A DNA stretch of 63,049 nucleotides, counting the filler, from Rhabdomonas costata (taxonomy: Eukaryota), in assembly GCA_019059605.1 (NCBI GenBank). It is 51 parts of 51 records of this genome, joined end to end, with 100 filler letters (N's around TTAATTAATTAA, not from the genome) between each part and the next. Parts side by side here need not be neighbours in the genome. Positions count along the whole stretch, not along the records: positions 22,291 to 23,429 come from JAHMHO010026678.1; positions 23,530 to 24,665 come from JAHMHO010026679.1; positions 24,766 to 25,905 come from JAHMHO010026680.1; positions 26,006 to 27,144 come from JAHMHO010026681.1; positions 27,245 to 28,383 come from JAHMHO010026682.1; positions 28,484 to 29,622 come from JAHMHO010026683.1; positions 29,723 to 30,856 come from JAHMHO010026684.1; positions 30,957 to 32,095 come from JAHMHO010026685.1; 43 more parts are not named here. One strand, written 5' to 3'. Positions 22,465 to 34,863 of the stretch are shown here, piece by piece (the stretch's first letter is position 1; every line of letters starts with the position of its first letter). The notes beneath the pieces were generated by a model. That model saw only the letters and a program-made list of their open reading frames with translations, was not told where the DNA came from and made no database searches. A program made the position numbers and the translations under genes.

Positions 22465-23289
22465 TCATTTTTTCTTATAACAATTTACAGCTCTCTCTTT
22501 TAGTATATTAAATAATGCTGATCTGTAGTTATCTGATTTAAATTTTTCTATTAAATTATTGTCTTCTATATAAACATTGTAATTTCTATTTTTTAGTTTT
22601 ATTTCTTCTTCATATTGTATTGTATTTACAAATTTATTTTTTAATACTTTCAATATACATGTGTTTTTTAATTCTTGATTTATATTTAAATCATTATTTG
22701 ACAATATAATTAATTTACATTGAAAATGTAGTTTATCAAAATCTTTTATTAAATTCTCATTAAATTGTGCATATGAAAAATCTTCTAGATATATTAATCG
22801 TATTGATTTTTTTATTTCTGTAATTTGTTTATAAATTTTAGAATAATTACTACATGATAATTTATATGTATATGTCGGAAATACAGTTTGAAATATCTCT
22901 ACTAATGTTGATTTACCATTCGATGAATTACCTGTAATTATTAAACATTTGTGTATTCCTTGATCTCCTGACATACAATAACCTAACCAATTTAAATTAA
23001 ATTCTAATAATTCTTCATCATCATTTGATATTTTTCTTATTATTTCTTTTATTTCATTTTTTATTTCTTCATTACTTTCCATATATTCATAATTTAATAT
23101 TTTTGTAACATAATCTTTTTTATTTCTTTTTCTAAATTCGTTCTTTTTCAAATCATATACACCATTTTTAAAATTTATTTGTTCTTTTTTATTATCGATT
23201 AGTTCATTAAAATTTGTATTTATTATATGACTTTTTATATTATTTAGATATTTTCTCAATATCTTTGATGTTGTCATTTTTATTTTCAT
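22465..23289 (-). CDS. D5-like primase-helicase (D5_N plus SF3 helicase), virus- or Polinton-like, probably 5'-truncated
   Basis: AT-rich intronless 274 aa: INFKNGVYDL...FR.R...DY.T (D5_N), WLGYCMSG, Walker A GNSSNGKST, Walker B IYLED, motif C IILSN. Confidence 0.88.
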   Translation of the reverse strand: MKIKMTTSKILRKYLNNIKSHIINTNFNELIDNKKEQINFKNGVYDLKKNEFRKRNKKDYVTKILNYEYMESNEEIKNEIKEIIRKISNDDEELLEFNLNWLGYCMSGDQGIHKCLIITGNSSNGKSTLVEIFQTVFPTYTYKLSCSNYSKIYKQITEIKKSIRLIYLEDFSYAQFNENLIKDFDKLHFQCKLIILSNNDLNINQELKNTCILKVLKNKFVNTIQYEEEIKLKNRNYNVYIEDNNLIEKFKSDNYRSALFNILKERAVNCYKKK

Positions 23290-24765
23290 TTGTTCACATA
23301 TGTTGTACCAATTGAAAATAAAAATGACAACATCAAAGATATTGAGAAAATATCTAAATAATATAAAAAGTCATATAATAAATACAAATTTTAATGAACT
23401 AATCGATAATAAAAAACACCCCAAAACCCNNNNNNNNNNNNNNNNNNNNNNNNNNNNNNNNNNNNNNNNNNNNTTAATTAATTAANNNNNNNNNNNNNNN
23501 NNNNNNNNNNNNNNNNNNNNNNNNNNNNNATCACGTACTCGGGCTGCGGGGGTATTTGTGTGCGCACGCGTTGTTAGAATGGTAGGGTACTAGCGGAGAC
23601 TGCTGCCACTGCACTTTGCTTTGCCACACACACACACACACACACACAAGTTTGCTGACAGTATGCGGCACGACGTAGACGCTGGTTCGAATCTCAGTCG
23701 GGCTCAGCGTGTGTCTATGGAGGGAAGGAGGGGTGCCAGACAAGTTCGGATGGCCGGGGTCCCATGATCCGGACAGATTGATGGCACCGCGACAACGTCA
23801 TTCTTCTCTGTTTTCTTTTACTCCCCAACCAAGGCCTGCCCAAGTGAACCCCTCCCCATTTCCCAGAGATCAACTTCGCAGGACACAGCGATAGGAATCA
23901 AGTATAAAAAAAGGAAACCAAAATGGAGGAAACTTCCGCAGGAAGACAGTAATAGCAGCTTAACGGAATTACTCGCCCCACCATCGACTTTCGAACGAAG
24001 AACAAGCGCCGAGACCTTGACTCGCTGGCACAGCCCGTCCAGGAACACCTTGTGGCTGTCCAGCCGCCCGCCCGGAGACTGCTTCAGCACCACCATGAAG
24101 TGGAGATACCCAAACCGGCCCGCTGCAGCGCAACCAACCACCCGATCATCCAGCCGCCCGTCCTCCCTCGTTTCAGAGTTCGAGGGACAGAATGGGGCCC
24201 AGTGCAGCACCCTCCATGTCTTTTGTATTTATGCATTTGAACCGTGCTCAATTATACTCTACTCAAAATTCCACCATAATTCCTTGAAAATTTTAATGAC
24301 AACCACAACAGAGAACGAATACACCAGCTTCGGTCTCAGGTCCTTAAGTCCACGGGAAGCACCAAACAATTGGATACAGGCCACATTTAACTGCCGCAAG
24401 GCACAAACGGGGCTGGGGACCCGCCCGCACGCCAAATGCACACACGCCAAAAGGATAGTCAATACGCCACAGCACCGGTGGGATGCTCGTGCATCAGCTT
24501 CGTGTAAAAGCAGTGCAACGAATGCTCTGTTGGGGGGTGCCCGTCCTCCAGGCACTGCAGGTCCACCAACCCTAGCACAAGACCGAAACATTCCCTCGGT
24601 GGACAGCTGGGACAGAGGGAATGGGATGATAGGCGAGGACAGCATCGGCGCCCCCCCCCCCACACNNNNNNNNNNNNNNNNNNNNNNNNNNNNNNNNNNN
24701 NNNNNNNNNTTAATTAATTAANNNNNNNNNNNNNNNNNNNNNNNNNNNNNNNNNNNNNNNNNNNN

Positions 24766-25877
24766 TGGGAATCCGTGGATGAACTGGCTGCTCCCCAGTC
24801 TGGCAACTCCACATCTGGCATACCCTTCCCACTATTTTTCCAACCTTCCTCTGGATCGCACATCACCACCTTACGGACATCTGCATTGGACTTCCGAAGC
24901 GCTTCCATAAACGTAGGTGGAGGTGGTGGTGGTGGCACCTTCCTTGTGGAAGTCTCCTCAAACGACTGTGCCTGTATGGGTTGTGGCTTGGGCTGTGCTC
25001 GCGGCTTAGCACCTGACCATGTGTGACCGTAAACTGCTGCTGGTGCTTCTTCACGCTCACGCCGTGTATCCAGCACTGAATGCTGCTTCAACGGGGGTTT
25101 AGGGGTCGTGGCTGCCCTGGGGATACTCGCTGTGGATGTGGATGGTGTGTCCATTGCCACTCCAGTCACCGCAGTCCCCGTCCCTTGCTGTGGAGCACTC
25201 GCGGTTGATGGAGCTACTAGGCCACCTTTCGCCTCCTTCAGCTGTCGTAAGATAGCTTCCAGTGCATCAGCTACTGGTGGCTGTGGAGGTGGTTTGGGGA
25301 CTGGGGGCACATACTTCACCCATTTTCTTGTGTCGGGCAACTGTGAAAGCAACTCTCTGGCCTTAATCCTCCTCCTCAAAACCTCATTCAACAAAGACTC
25401 TATTTGTTCCCGATCATGTCCCAATGGTGAACCCTCCACCTCCAACTCTTCTACCACTTCCACCACATACGTCAACAACGCGTGGTCCTCCAAGATCGGC
25501 GGAACTGCACTCAGAACAGGTAGCTCTGGATTCCCGAGGGCAACCTGTCTCCACTCATTCAGCTCTTCTAAAGCTGTAAACATCTCCATCATCCCCTCCT
25601 CTAGAACACCAACCAAGTTCTTGACCTCTTTATTCTCTGTCTGACCTTTGTACTTGGACGATATCCACTCCACGGCTGGTATCCACCTCTTGGAATTCTC
25701 TATCACCTTTGGAAAAGCCATATTCAGCCTTTGCATAACTTATTTACGAATTCTTTCCACCTCTGTAGCTGTCCGTCAGAAACACTCCATGCATCTGTCA
25801 TAACGGTTTTGAGTGTGGGTTCGCACGAACGTCAGGAGGTGTGATCTGTAACTCTTACTAACAGACGGTTGCGACAT
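24766..25877 (-). pseudogene. Long intronless ORF, possibly a decayed gag/ORF1-like retroelement gene
   Basis: More than 320 codons open from 25736. An in-frame upstream ATG at 25877 is separated from it by TGA and TAA. Helical N-terminus then Pro/Thr-rich region; no diagnostic motif within the contig. Confidence 0.4.
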
Positions 25878-27244
25878 TCTCAACTCTGGACTGAGCAACA
25901 CTGGGNNNNNNNNNNNNNNNNNNNNNNNNNNNNNNNNNNNNNNNNNNNNTTAATTAATTAANNNNNNNNNNNNNNNNNNNNNNNNNNNNNNNNNNNNNNN
26001 NNNNNTGTTGGTGGTGTGAAGCGATTGCTCCACTTGCTATTCTTGTGGGCGGTTAGAGTATCAGAGATATGCACCCATATTGCTGGCTCAGAACCGTACA
26101 ACAACAATCGCATGTTGGAATGAAAAGGGACTGAGGGCAAACTTATTTGTGCTCGCGGTAGCGTTGCCATCGCATAACACTGCTACGCATTTAATCGCAG
26201 TGTTTTTGGAATTAGTGCAGTGTCGGAATGCTGCCCTTTGTCGGACGAACCGGACACGCGTATTGTTGGGGCGGCCGGGTCGGCCTGCGCTGTCACAGCA
26301 TCCACAGCATCCACAATTTCGGCTAGGTTTACGCGAGAGTTGCAGTTTGATTGCGGTGCCTTTTTACGTCTTTTCTGGTTTCGAATCTTCCATGCGTGGG
26401 CAGGCTGAGAATGGGGTTGTCTTGTTCTTTCAGTGGAAGGTAGTACAAAGACGCGAAGGATCCGCACTCACAACGCGGTCTTTTCTTGTTCTCTGATGTA
26501 GTTTTGTGGATGTTCGCATTTGCAGTGCACCTTTGCGGAGGAACGAGACTGGCACAAGTTCCACACTCCAAGAAACGTTCTGCTGACGCTGGTAAGGATG
26601 TACACGTTCGCGCTTGCGCGTGCACGTGCGGGTGTTTAGTTCTCAATGTGACGAGTGGTAACCCTGCATCCCCTCAGCCAGGCCCTTCTCAACCCGGGGC
26701 AGCAACTTTTGTCGAACTCCTTCGCCTCTGTTTTTGCAATGGCGTAGTGCTTAACCCGATCTTTCGGGGCCATTTTGTGCCCCTTGGCACAAAATTTAGG
26801 ATGCTTCAAAAAAAACTTCTGCATATGCGGTCACCAATTGTTTGCGTACCCTACCCCGTTTGACATGGTGGATAAAGTGGAAAAAATCTTATAAAAAAGG
26901 ATCCTAAAATGGCGAATAATTCTGCATCTCCATCCCCTTGGGGGGGATCTGCCTATGTGGGCCAATCTCGGCATTGACATCTTCGAGGACAGTATGGTGT
27001 TATTGAAGAGGCAGACGCAATTGCCTACTTTTGCCTAAATTGACCATTCTTTTAGGTCTTCTGGAGACTTGCCAAGCGAGCAAGGAGAGACCACGGTTCA
27101 GGAAAGAATTTCTGAGGGGGAGGATTGTATCTTGGTGCCCAACANNNNNNNNNNNNNNNNNNNNNNNNNNNNNNNNNNNNNNNNNNNNTTAATTAATTAA
27201 NNNNNNNNNNNNNNNNNNNNNNNNNNNNNNNNNNNNNNNNNNNN

Positions 27245-28313
27245 GTGTGTGAAGCCACACCGCCGGAAGATCCACGTGCAAGCCCTTGCAGGTGGCCCTA
27301 CAGCCCACATCCTTCTTGTACCGCTTCAGGCAACATGACCAGCCAGGAACCACTCCGCAGGCATAGCTCCCGGGGTGCGTCCACACAACGCAGGGTGCAA
27401 GCATTCCAGTAGCCTGCCCACAGGTACTGCATGATTTGTGAAGCGAGCACTTCTCGATAAAAGCCGAAGTTTCCGCAACAAGAGCCGCGCTTAGCGGTGC
27501 CAAGAGCAACTTCACGTGCCGGTGTCGGTCTGTTCCTAAAAGCTCCTTCAGAAAACTTAGCGTGATTTCTGGAGAATTCACCATAGCTCCAACTACCGCT
27601 TGAACTTCCGGTGAGCTCACCAAAGAGGGCTCATGGCGTGACCAGTGAAGCAGAATCCGGAGCAGCCATGGCTTCGAGCATCGCGAAGTCATTAGCTTCA
27701 AGCGATTCAAGTCGATCCAAGGCGAGTCCTGAGTGAACGACAGGGCCTTCACCTCGGACAGAACCAAGCTGCTCTCTAGGCAAAGCTTCTCTTGTATATC
27801 CACAAGGATTTGGGTATACTCCATTTGCCAGTTGTCGGCCAGCTTAAAAAACAGAATCAGCCGATTCACCACCGCTGACAAACTTTCGCAAGCAGCCGAA
27901 GGGCCAGCACCCTCCGAGACCAGAGCGCCGCACTGCGCAAAAAAGCTCTGGAGCACTTCCAAAAAAAACTCATCCTCGTCGTGGGGAAGCCGCATCTCCA
28001 CGGTGGCTTCGGTAACCTCCTTGAACTCCTTGCCGAAGAGGACTCGGAAGAACTCGCTCTTCCCAGACAGCACTGAAGAGTCCACTACGACTCTGCCGCT
28101 GCGGAAGCACAGCACTCGGGCTGTAGAAAGGGGCTCCTTTTCCTTTGCAGCCGCAGCGTCAAGCTCGGACCAGCGCTGGGTCACTAACTGGGAGAGACCC
28201 TCAGGTGAGAGGCACTGTCCGTCGCGACGAACGGCGGCGAGAAGACTGTCAATGGCCTCGGAGATGGACGCCGCGACGACGGTAGTATAAGGTGCAGGGG
28301 CTGAAGAATTCAT
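27245..28313 (-). CDS. BTB/POZ-domain protein with C-terminal Cys/His zinc motif
   Basis: VDSSVLSGKSEFFRVLFGKEFKE....VEM...D.F..VL (BTB); C-terminal CSTCG...CVVWTHPGSY...WSCC...GC. Confidence 0.75.
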
Positions 28314-29907
28314 TTTGAAGAGCCTGCGATGAATAGAAAGGAGGCTAAAAATACATTTTCCAACACCGCTTCGACACACAACCNNNNNNNNNNNNNNNNN
28401 NNNNNNNNNNNNNNNNNNNNNNNNNNNTTAATTAATTAANNNNNNNNNNNNNNNNNNNNNNNNNNNNNNNNNNNNNNNNNNNNGGGGTGGTGGGTGTGGT
28501 GCCTGTGTGCATGTATGCTGGTTTTCCTGCACCAATCTTTCAGCTCCTTTTTCTTTCGCTCCTTTGATTTGATTTTCTTCGATTTCCCCTTATAGCGCCT
28601 CCTGTGGAAATTTCCTTTTCCTTTTCTCTTCAGCCTCAATTTCCAAAGCAACAGCAGCAGCAGCAGCAGCAAACTTTCAAAATACTCCAACTAACTCCCT
28701 GAATGGCAAGGCCGTTGCACTGTTATAATCGATATCGATCGATTTTCCTGTAAGACTTAGAATTCCCCACTACCTCCCCTCCTCGACCTCCGTGTATCGA
28801 TATCCTTTGATTTGGCTGGGGCCAAATCAGACTGACCACCCGAAAAGCTTCTTCTCCTTTCCGTATTTTAAACCTTTCATCTCTCTATTTGTTGCCACAT
28901 TAACAGTGAGAGGTCAAAAGTTGTTTTCAAAATGTTACGTTTTGGACTTACGGGGGATCTATAGGGATAGCAAAACGGCTTTCTGACGTAAACCGCACCA
29001 GCGCAGTTGTTTCTTTTGCAATTGAAGCTCCTAAATTCAGGTTACTTTTACTGGGATTTAAAGATGCATTTCCGATATAGTTGACATTAGGTATGATTTT
29101 TCGATTCCCACTTTTGACATGACGTGGGCCATATTTTGTGGACGATGGGCAATCTTTCTTTTGTACGTGTGGTATGTGTGTATGGGCTTGTATGTGGACT
29201 TTCTTTTACGTGTGTCAGATAGCCGGCTGTTCGATTTGCTGACTTCAAGAAAAACGGAAAACGGAAGCAAACAGCGGAAGTAGGTTTCCGAGATGAGGTG
29301 ATGGCCCTTGTCGGGAAGTCCTGTGTGTGTGGGTTTGTGCGTGCGCTGTGCGGATTCCTCTGGTGCTGTTCAGTACGTGGAAGTTCAAGTGGAGAGCGCC
29401 GTGACGAAGACCCGGGAGATTTTCAACACCCCCACGGTGCGCGCGCCCCGTCCCACTCGCACGTCGTCGCACGCCAGAACAGGTTTTTATGTTGATCAAG
29501 GAAAACCGCGTAGAACGAGAAAGAGGCTGTCCGCACAAGGGATGGTGATTAGGTGTCAATGAGCAGAATTATTTTCTCTTCCGTTTTTCTACGCGGTTTT
29601 CCTTGATCAACATAAAAACCACNNNNNNNNNNNNNNNNNNNNNNNNNNNNNNNNNNNNNNNNNNNNTTAATTAATTAANNNNNNNNNNNNNNNNNNNNNN
29701 NNNNNNNNNNNNNNNNNNNNNNGGGGTTTTTTATTATGCAAACTCACTGCAAACTGTACCCAACAAATTCAAACTGAAACAAAAGTGAATTTTTTGTGAG
29801 TTTGCAGTGAGTTTGCATAATAAAAGAGGCCCCGCTTCACTTTCTATATACTCAATTCATCTTTTTCACCCATCTTTTTTTTTTGAAGGTGTTCTTCTTG
29901 TGACCAG

Positions 29908-30745
29908 GGTTTCGAGATCGGGCAGGGCAACCTGGCTTACTTGCTTGACCAGCAGGTGGGCTTGCGGGACTTGCCTGTGGACTTGATCTTCCCTCTCAAC
30001 GGCGGGCTTGCTGCCAACATGGCATGCTTACCCCTCACAGTGGCAGTGGACCCTTTTCTACTCCTTTCCAAATGGAGTCCGCATATGGTCAGCGGCGGGC
30101 CCGTGGCTCCCAGAAGGCGTGAAAACGGAACGGCTGCCTCTTGCTCGAAGAAATGCACATAGGTGTTGGTTTGCATTGACCAATCACCTTTTTCAGTCAT
30201 GCGCAATCACTGCTTCTCACCCGCCATTTGTCATGACAGTGCTCCTAGCCCTCCACCAGGGGCCACCAGCGGAACGGATGGAGTAACCTTTTCTTGTTCT
30301 CTGGGGTTTCAGAACTTCAGAACTCTTAATCATCACTACAGTGACGCCCAGACCCAAATTTGATAGTCCCCCGAAAGCAGTGCCTACCTCTAACCAGCTT
30401 CTCTCAAAATTCGCATTGGAGCTTCATCTTCGGGCGAGTTAAAATCACTTCTTGAGCAGATCCCAGAAAGTATTGCGCTACAATTTTGGGAGGCCTCTCA
30501 GGAAAGTGTGCTTTCGCATCGTTCGTCGTCTTATTTTCCCTCCATATCGAAAAGACTTGCTCTGCCGGAGCGCGAATCCCTTCTTGAGCAGCGTCCAGAA
30601 AACATCAATCGTGCCATTCCTGGGTCAACGCATGCGCAGACTTTGCAGCAGAAGTACCGAGAGAGGGCCCTGTTCTGGTACACCCGGTCCGCGGAGCAGG
30701 GCAACGCGGACTCCATTGTGAAGGTTGGGGACTACTACTACTACG
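29908..30745 (+). CDS. SEL1L: SEL1L/Hrd3-like ERAD protein (Sel1 repeats), exons 29908-29955 and 30640-30745
   Basis: GFEIGQGNLAYLLDQ and RERALFWYTRSAEQGNADSIVKVGDYYYYG correspond to SEL1L GYEVAQSNAAFILD and A..QG...A..KLGDY..YG. Confidence 0.82.
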
Positions 30746-32724
30746 GTTGGCTTTTTGATTTTTCCCGTTTACCTGCCTTGGGAGCCGCCTCTGGAGTTTT
30801 CATATTATTGTAGTTTTTTGTGTGTTTTTGGCCAGAAGTCTTCATCACAAAAACCCNNNNNNNNNNNNNNNNNNNNNNNNNNNNNNNNNNNNNNNNNNNN
30901 TTAATTAATTAANNNNNNNNNNNNNNNNNNNNNNNNNNNNNNNNNNNNNNNNNNNNTTTGTGGGTGAGCGCACGAAAGAATCTGACCACAGTGCAGCCAA
31001 GACCACGGGGCAGCTTTAGCCTGTCGTGGTGTGTGCCACACAGTCATTTTGCGAAGGTTCAAAGAAAGACCCAGCGCCACTCCTTCCGTGCGAAGGATGT
31101 AGACTGCCAGAGCTGTCACCACATTTTTGGAGTCGTTCCTGCAAAGCGTGATGGAAGGCGGATCGTTTTACTTGGCCGGTGGTGCGTATTCCCTCGCAGG
31201 TGTTGTTCTACTTGATGTGGGTGCCTCTAGTGCTGCTGTTCGTGCTGGGCTGCCCCGACCTTCGGTGGGGGCAGGAGTGGTTTCAGAACTGGGCCTCTGG
31301 CCTTGGCCTTGCATAGACGGCTCGGACCCCTGTGCATCTGTACACAAGTCTATTTTCATTCGATGTGCACCACTTCATGGACCACTGTCGGTTGTTTTTC
31401 ATCCCAGTATTGCTTACGCAGCTGCTTTTTAGAATAAATGAGACCGAGGATGCTGACAATGCTATAGCGGGAAAGCAGACTGTTGGCTGTTCCATTGGCA
31501 AAGCTGTCCAGTTGGTCCCTACTGTGTGCCGACCACGAGGCCTGCTTCAGCTTAGTATTTTGACAATAAGCTTTGAACCCCTCTGGCCATGCTTGTGGGT
31601 TGTGGTTTGTGGGTGCGCTTGGGAGATCAAAGTGTGAGGTATCTTTCCAAATAGATCCGTCATATCGAAGGTAAGGGCCGACCAAAGTTCGCTTCTGCTT
31701 TCCTTCTTCATTACTTCGAGAAGTTGCAACCAAACTCGAAGGACGGTAGCTGCATAAGTGGACTTGAGTGACCATCCGACCCAGGACACTTTTTACCGAT
31801 GTATTTTCGTGACACCATTTGCTGCTTTCCCGACTCGCAGTTCTCGTTGGTTTTTGTAAGGGGGGTGGAGTGAGTGCCAGGTTGATGGAAACGGAGTTAC
31901 CCTTTGCACTGGCTGAGGAGCCGTGCTATGGGACGTGGACATCCAATGTCTTCACAAGGACGACTGGTTCCGCCGCCCGCCACGTCCTGGAGAAGCTTGA
32001 CGTCGACAAGTCTGATGTTTTGGTGTTGCAAACCCTCTCTCTTCTTTCAGAGTCCCTTTGCAGGTCTTTGTTTGAGGACAGGAGCCCCCACCCACNNNNN
32101 NNNNNNNNNNNNNNNNNNNNNNNNNNNNNNNNNNNNNNNTTAATTAATTAANNNNNNNNNNNNNNNNNNNNNNNNNNNNNNNNNNNNNNNNNNNNGGTTT
32201 TGGGTCTTCATGCTGTCGTGTGGTCACCCTCCCATTGGGGTCACCCTCTCATAGGGGGCCCTATGGGAGGGTGACCCCAATGGGAGGGTGACCACACGAC
32301 AGCATGAAGACCGAAAACTTCTTAAATGGGCACTTTTCAATTACTTTTGAAAGTACCCCACTCAGCGGCTTCGCAGAAACATACCATCGGTTATCGGTTG
32401 GGGCAAAGGGACCTTGTAGACCTTGTGAACCTTGTGGAGCACAGTCATATCTAGAAATAAATCAGGCTTGACCCCGAAAATTATGACCTTTACAATGGGA
32501 TCTCAGCGCTTTCCCTTTTTTGAACACTTATTTCCGGGTCTCTAATTATCTGATGCACGGCTGCAGTTGCAAGTTCATCTCGCAGGACCATCCGAGTAGC
32601 CGACATTTCGGATGCTAAGACTTCTGCTCAAAGGGGCAACTTCGCCGTGATTCCGTTCTGACGACGTTCTTTTTGGGGGGGGGGCATTTGCACTCTCTCA
32701 GCACACTGAGGCACAGCCACATAC

Positions 32725-32858
32725 CATTCGGCAGTGAGGGGGATCCTGTGGACTGAGCACCATGAAGCCTGTGCAGGATGGGTCCTGGCAGCCACAAACC
32801 CGGTTGTTCACCTGGCTGAAGGCACAGGTGGGGTGCAGGCACAGATTGCAGCTGGTCC
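32725..32858 (-). CDS. TOP3B: DNA topoisomerase III beta, C-terminal zinc-finger exon
   Basis: GTSCNLCLHPTCAFSQVNNRVCGCQDPSCTGFMVLSPQDPP resembles TOP3B G..CN.C.HP.C..S......C..C..G.LVL.P; CAG acceptor and GTATGT donor. Confidence 0.78.
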
Positions 32859-34747
32859 CTGTGGAAGAACAAGCAACACCTCTGTAAACCTGTACAATTG
32901 GCAAAGGTTCCTCCCAGAGGTCAATTTGGCCGAGAGCGGAAGAGATAACAAAATTGCGCCTAAAGGGATAGTGTGTGTGTTGGGCGCATGGCACGCTGGC
33001 TATTCCTAAATGACTGTTAGTGACCGCAAGCAGCTGACGGGCGCATGTGCTGTTGGCCACAGGGGTGCTCGCGCGAGGTAGTTTCTTAACCAACGGTGCT
33101 GTGGGGCACCGGCTCACCGCCGAGCGGTAACCTCCCTTCTGTCCCCCCCGGGGGCTGGCGATAGCGTTCGCCAACGATAGTGCACGCTGTCAACAATTTG
33201 AGTGCCTTCCGAAACGCTAAAATTGAACGGGGAAAAGCGAAAACAACGTCATTTCAACAAAAACACTTGTCCCTGACAACTGCCCCTAATTTCAAAGAAG
33301 AAAACATTACCCCCCACCCCAACCACACCCACCACNNNNNNNNNNNNNNNNNNNNNNNNNNNNNNNNNNNNNNNNNNNNTTAATTAATTAANNNNNNNNN
33401 NNNNNNNNNNNNNNNNNNNNNNNNNNNNNNNNNNNGTGGGGGGTGGAGCAGAGGTCCCTCTGGCGGCGACCCATAGCAAACGCCCCGGAGAGGACAGTGA
33501 CACAGGTCAGCCCGAGAAGGGTGAGGGGAGCAGCGCGGCGCAGGCCGCTGGGAGGAGGCCCAGAGGCCGCCCACAGCACCACAACCAGCGAGGGGAGCAG
33601 CGCTGTTCGCGAGAGCGTGTGTGTGTATGCGTTTCAAAATCGACGGCGTTTCAAAATCGACTGCGATCTGAAGGCCCGCTCAGGGAACTCGGCTGTTTGC
33701 CGAAATTCAAGGGGTCTGAGTGAGCACTATGAAACTTTGCAGGCCTCCATATTGAGGCTAAGCTTTCGGACAGGGCTGCTTGACAAACCTAAGGAAAGAG
33801 CCCAGGCGTACTTCATGCTACGTGCTTACGGAGCGGTCCGCAATAATTCACTTCTGGGTTCAAGTGTTGCAAGGATGTTCAGAGTTCAGGCTAAGCCGCT
33901 CCCTAGTGCCAAAAGATAAATTTTATTGTGGGAATACAACTTTACCTCCTCATTGCATCTTTTCCCACTCCCTGTCCACAGTCACCCCAACCATCTTTCA
34001 CAATGGGCCCCGTACCCTTTCAAACACGAGTGTGCGTGTGGACATGCCGAAGAAGTGTGAAGCATGTTGAACCAGTTCGAAGGGGTGCAGTGGAGCAGGG
34101 AACAAGCGGCGTACCTAGAATGGCCAGGAGAGCAGCTCTGTAGCGCAGCAGCCCGTGCCCCAGCCACCACGCCAAGGGTGCGGTCACGGTAAGGCCCGTG
34201 CGGGCCACCCCAAGAAGCAGCAGCATCCGCACCGCGGCACCCCCAGCCAGGCCCCAGCAGTCTTCAAAAAAAAGGAGAGAGAGAGAGAGAGAGCCAGAGA
34301 GCCAGAGAGAAGAAGCATGCCGGATGAGGAGAAGTGGTGGTTAATATAGCAAAGGACTCTGCCGTTCCACCGCTCACGCCCTGGGTGACTGTTTGCGGAT
34401 GTAGTTGTTTCTATTTCGGTTTTGTCAAGTGAACCCGTCGACGCATCGTGCTCTTTCATTTCCAGGTGGTTCTTCTGTGTGCGGTATTGCAAGGTCCCCA
34501 TTAAAGCCAACCCATCCCTCCCAAAGGTGGGTTCTGGACTCCCCCTCCCCCCGGGACCTTGCAATACCCCACCANNNNNNNNNNNNNNNNNNNNNNNNNN
34601 NNNNNNNNNNNNNNNNNNTTAATTAATTAANNNNNNNNNNNNNNNNNNNNNNNNNNNNNNNNNNNNNNNNNNNNTTTTGGGGTGACGTTTCCACACCCTC
34701 TGAATCATTATGGCCTGTGTGCAGGTTTAGTTGCGTGGGTGTGGCAG

Positions 34748-34863
34748 GCGACTTCAACCCAAAGTGGCGGAAGTGGATCCAGCGCACGCTGTGCCGGTGC
34801 TGCTTCGGGCGGAGCTGCCTGCTCAACAACACAGGCTATCTTTCCGAAACTGCGGCAAGTGTT
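34748..34863 (+). CDS. PI4K2: Phosphatidylinositol 4-kinase type II exon
   Basis: GDFNPKWRKWIQRTLCRCCFGRSCLLNNTGYLSETAASV matches the NPKW.KW....C.CCFGR.CL..N.GYLSE..AS signature. Confidence 0.92.

Noticed and set aside
23186-23416. Inverted copy of the helicase 5' end (ORF 23300-23485) as a terminal inverted repeat or second gene
   Set aside because: An exact ~100-nt fold-back running to the contig end, typical of an amplification chimera; it also leaves the true start codon uncertain.
27733-28290. Long antisense ORFs (also 25108-25644, 37691-38347, 40039-40737, 51277-51957)
   Set aside because: These are shadows of GC3-rich genes on the opposite strand with no motifs of their own.
32204-32311. 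Long inverted repeats at contig termini (also 14696-14761, 29482-29620, 29727-29825, 36871-37052, 56719-56813, 62963-63049) as MITEs or hairpin telomeres
   Set aside because: All are near-perfect and lie at or near contig ends in an amplified library, so template-switch artefacts are the simpler explanation.
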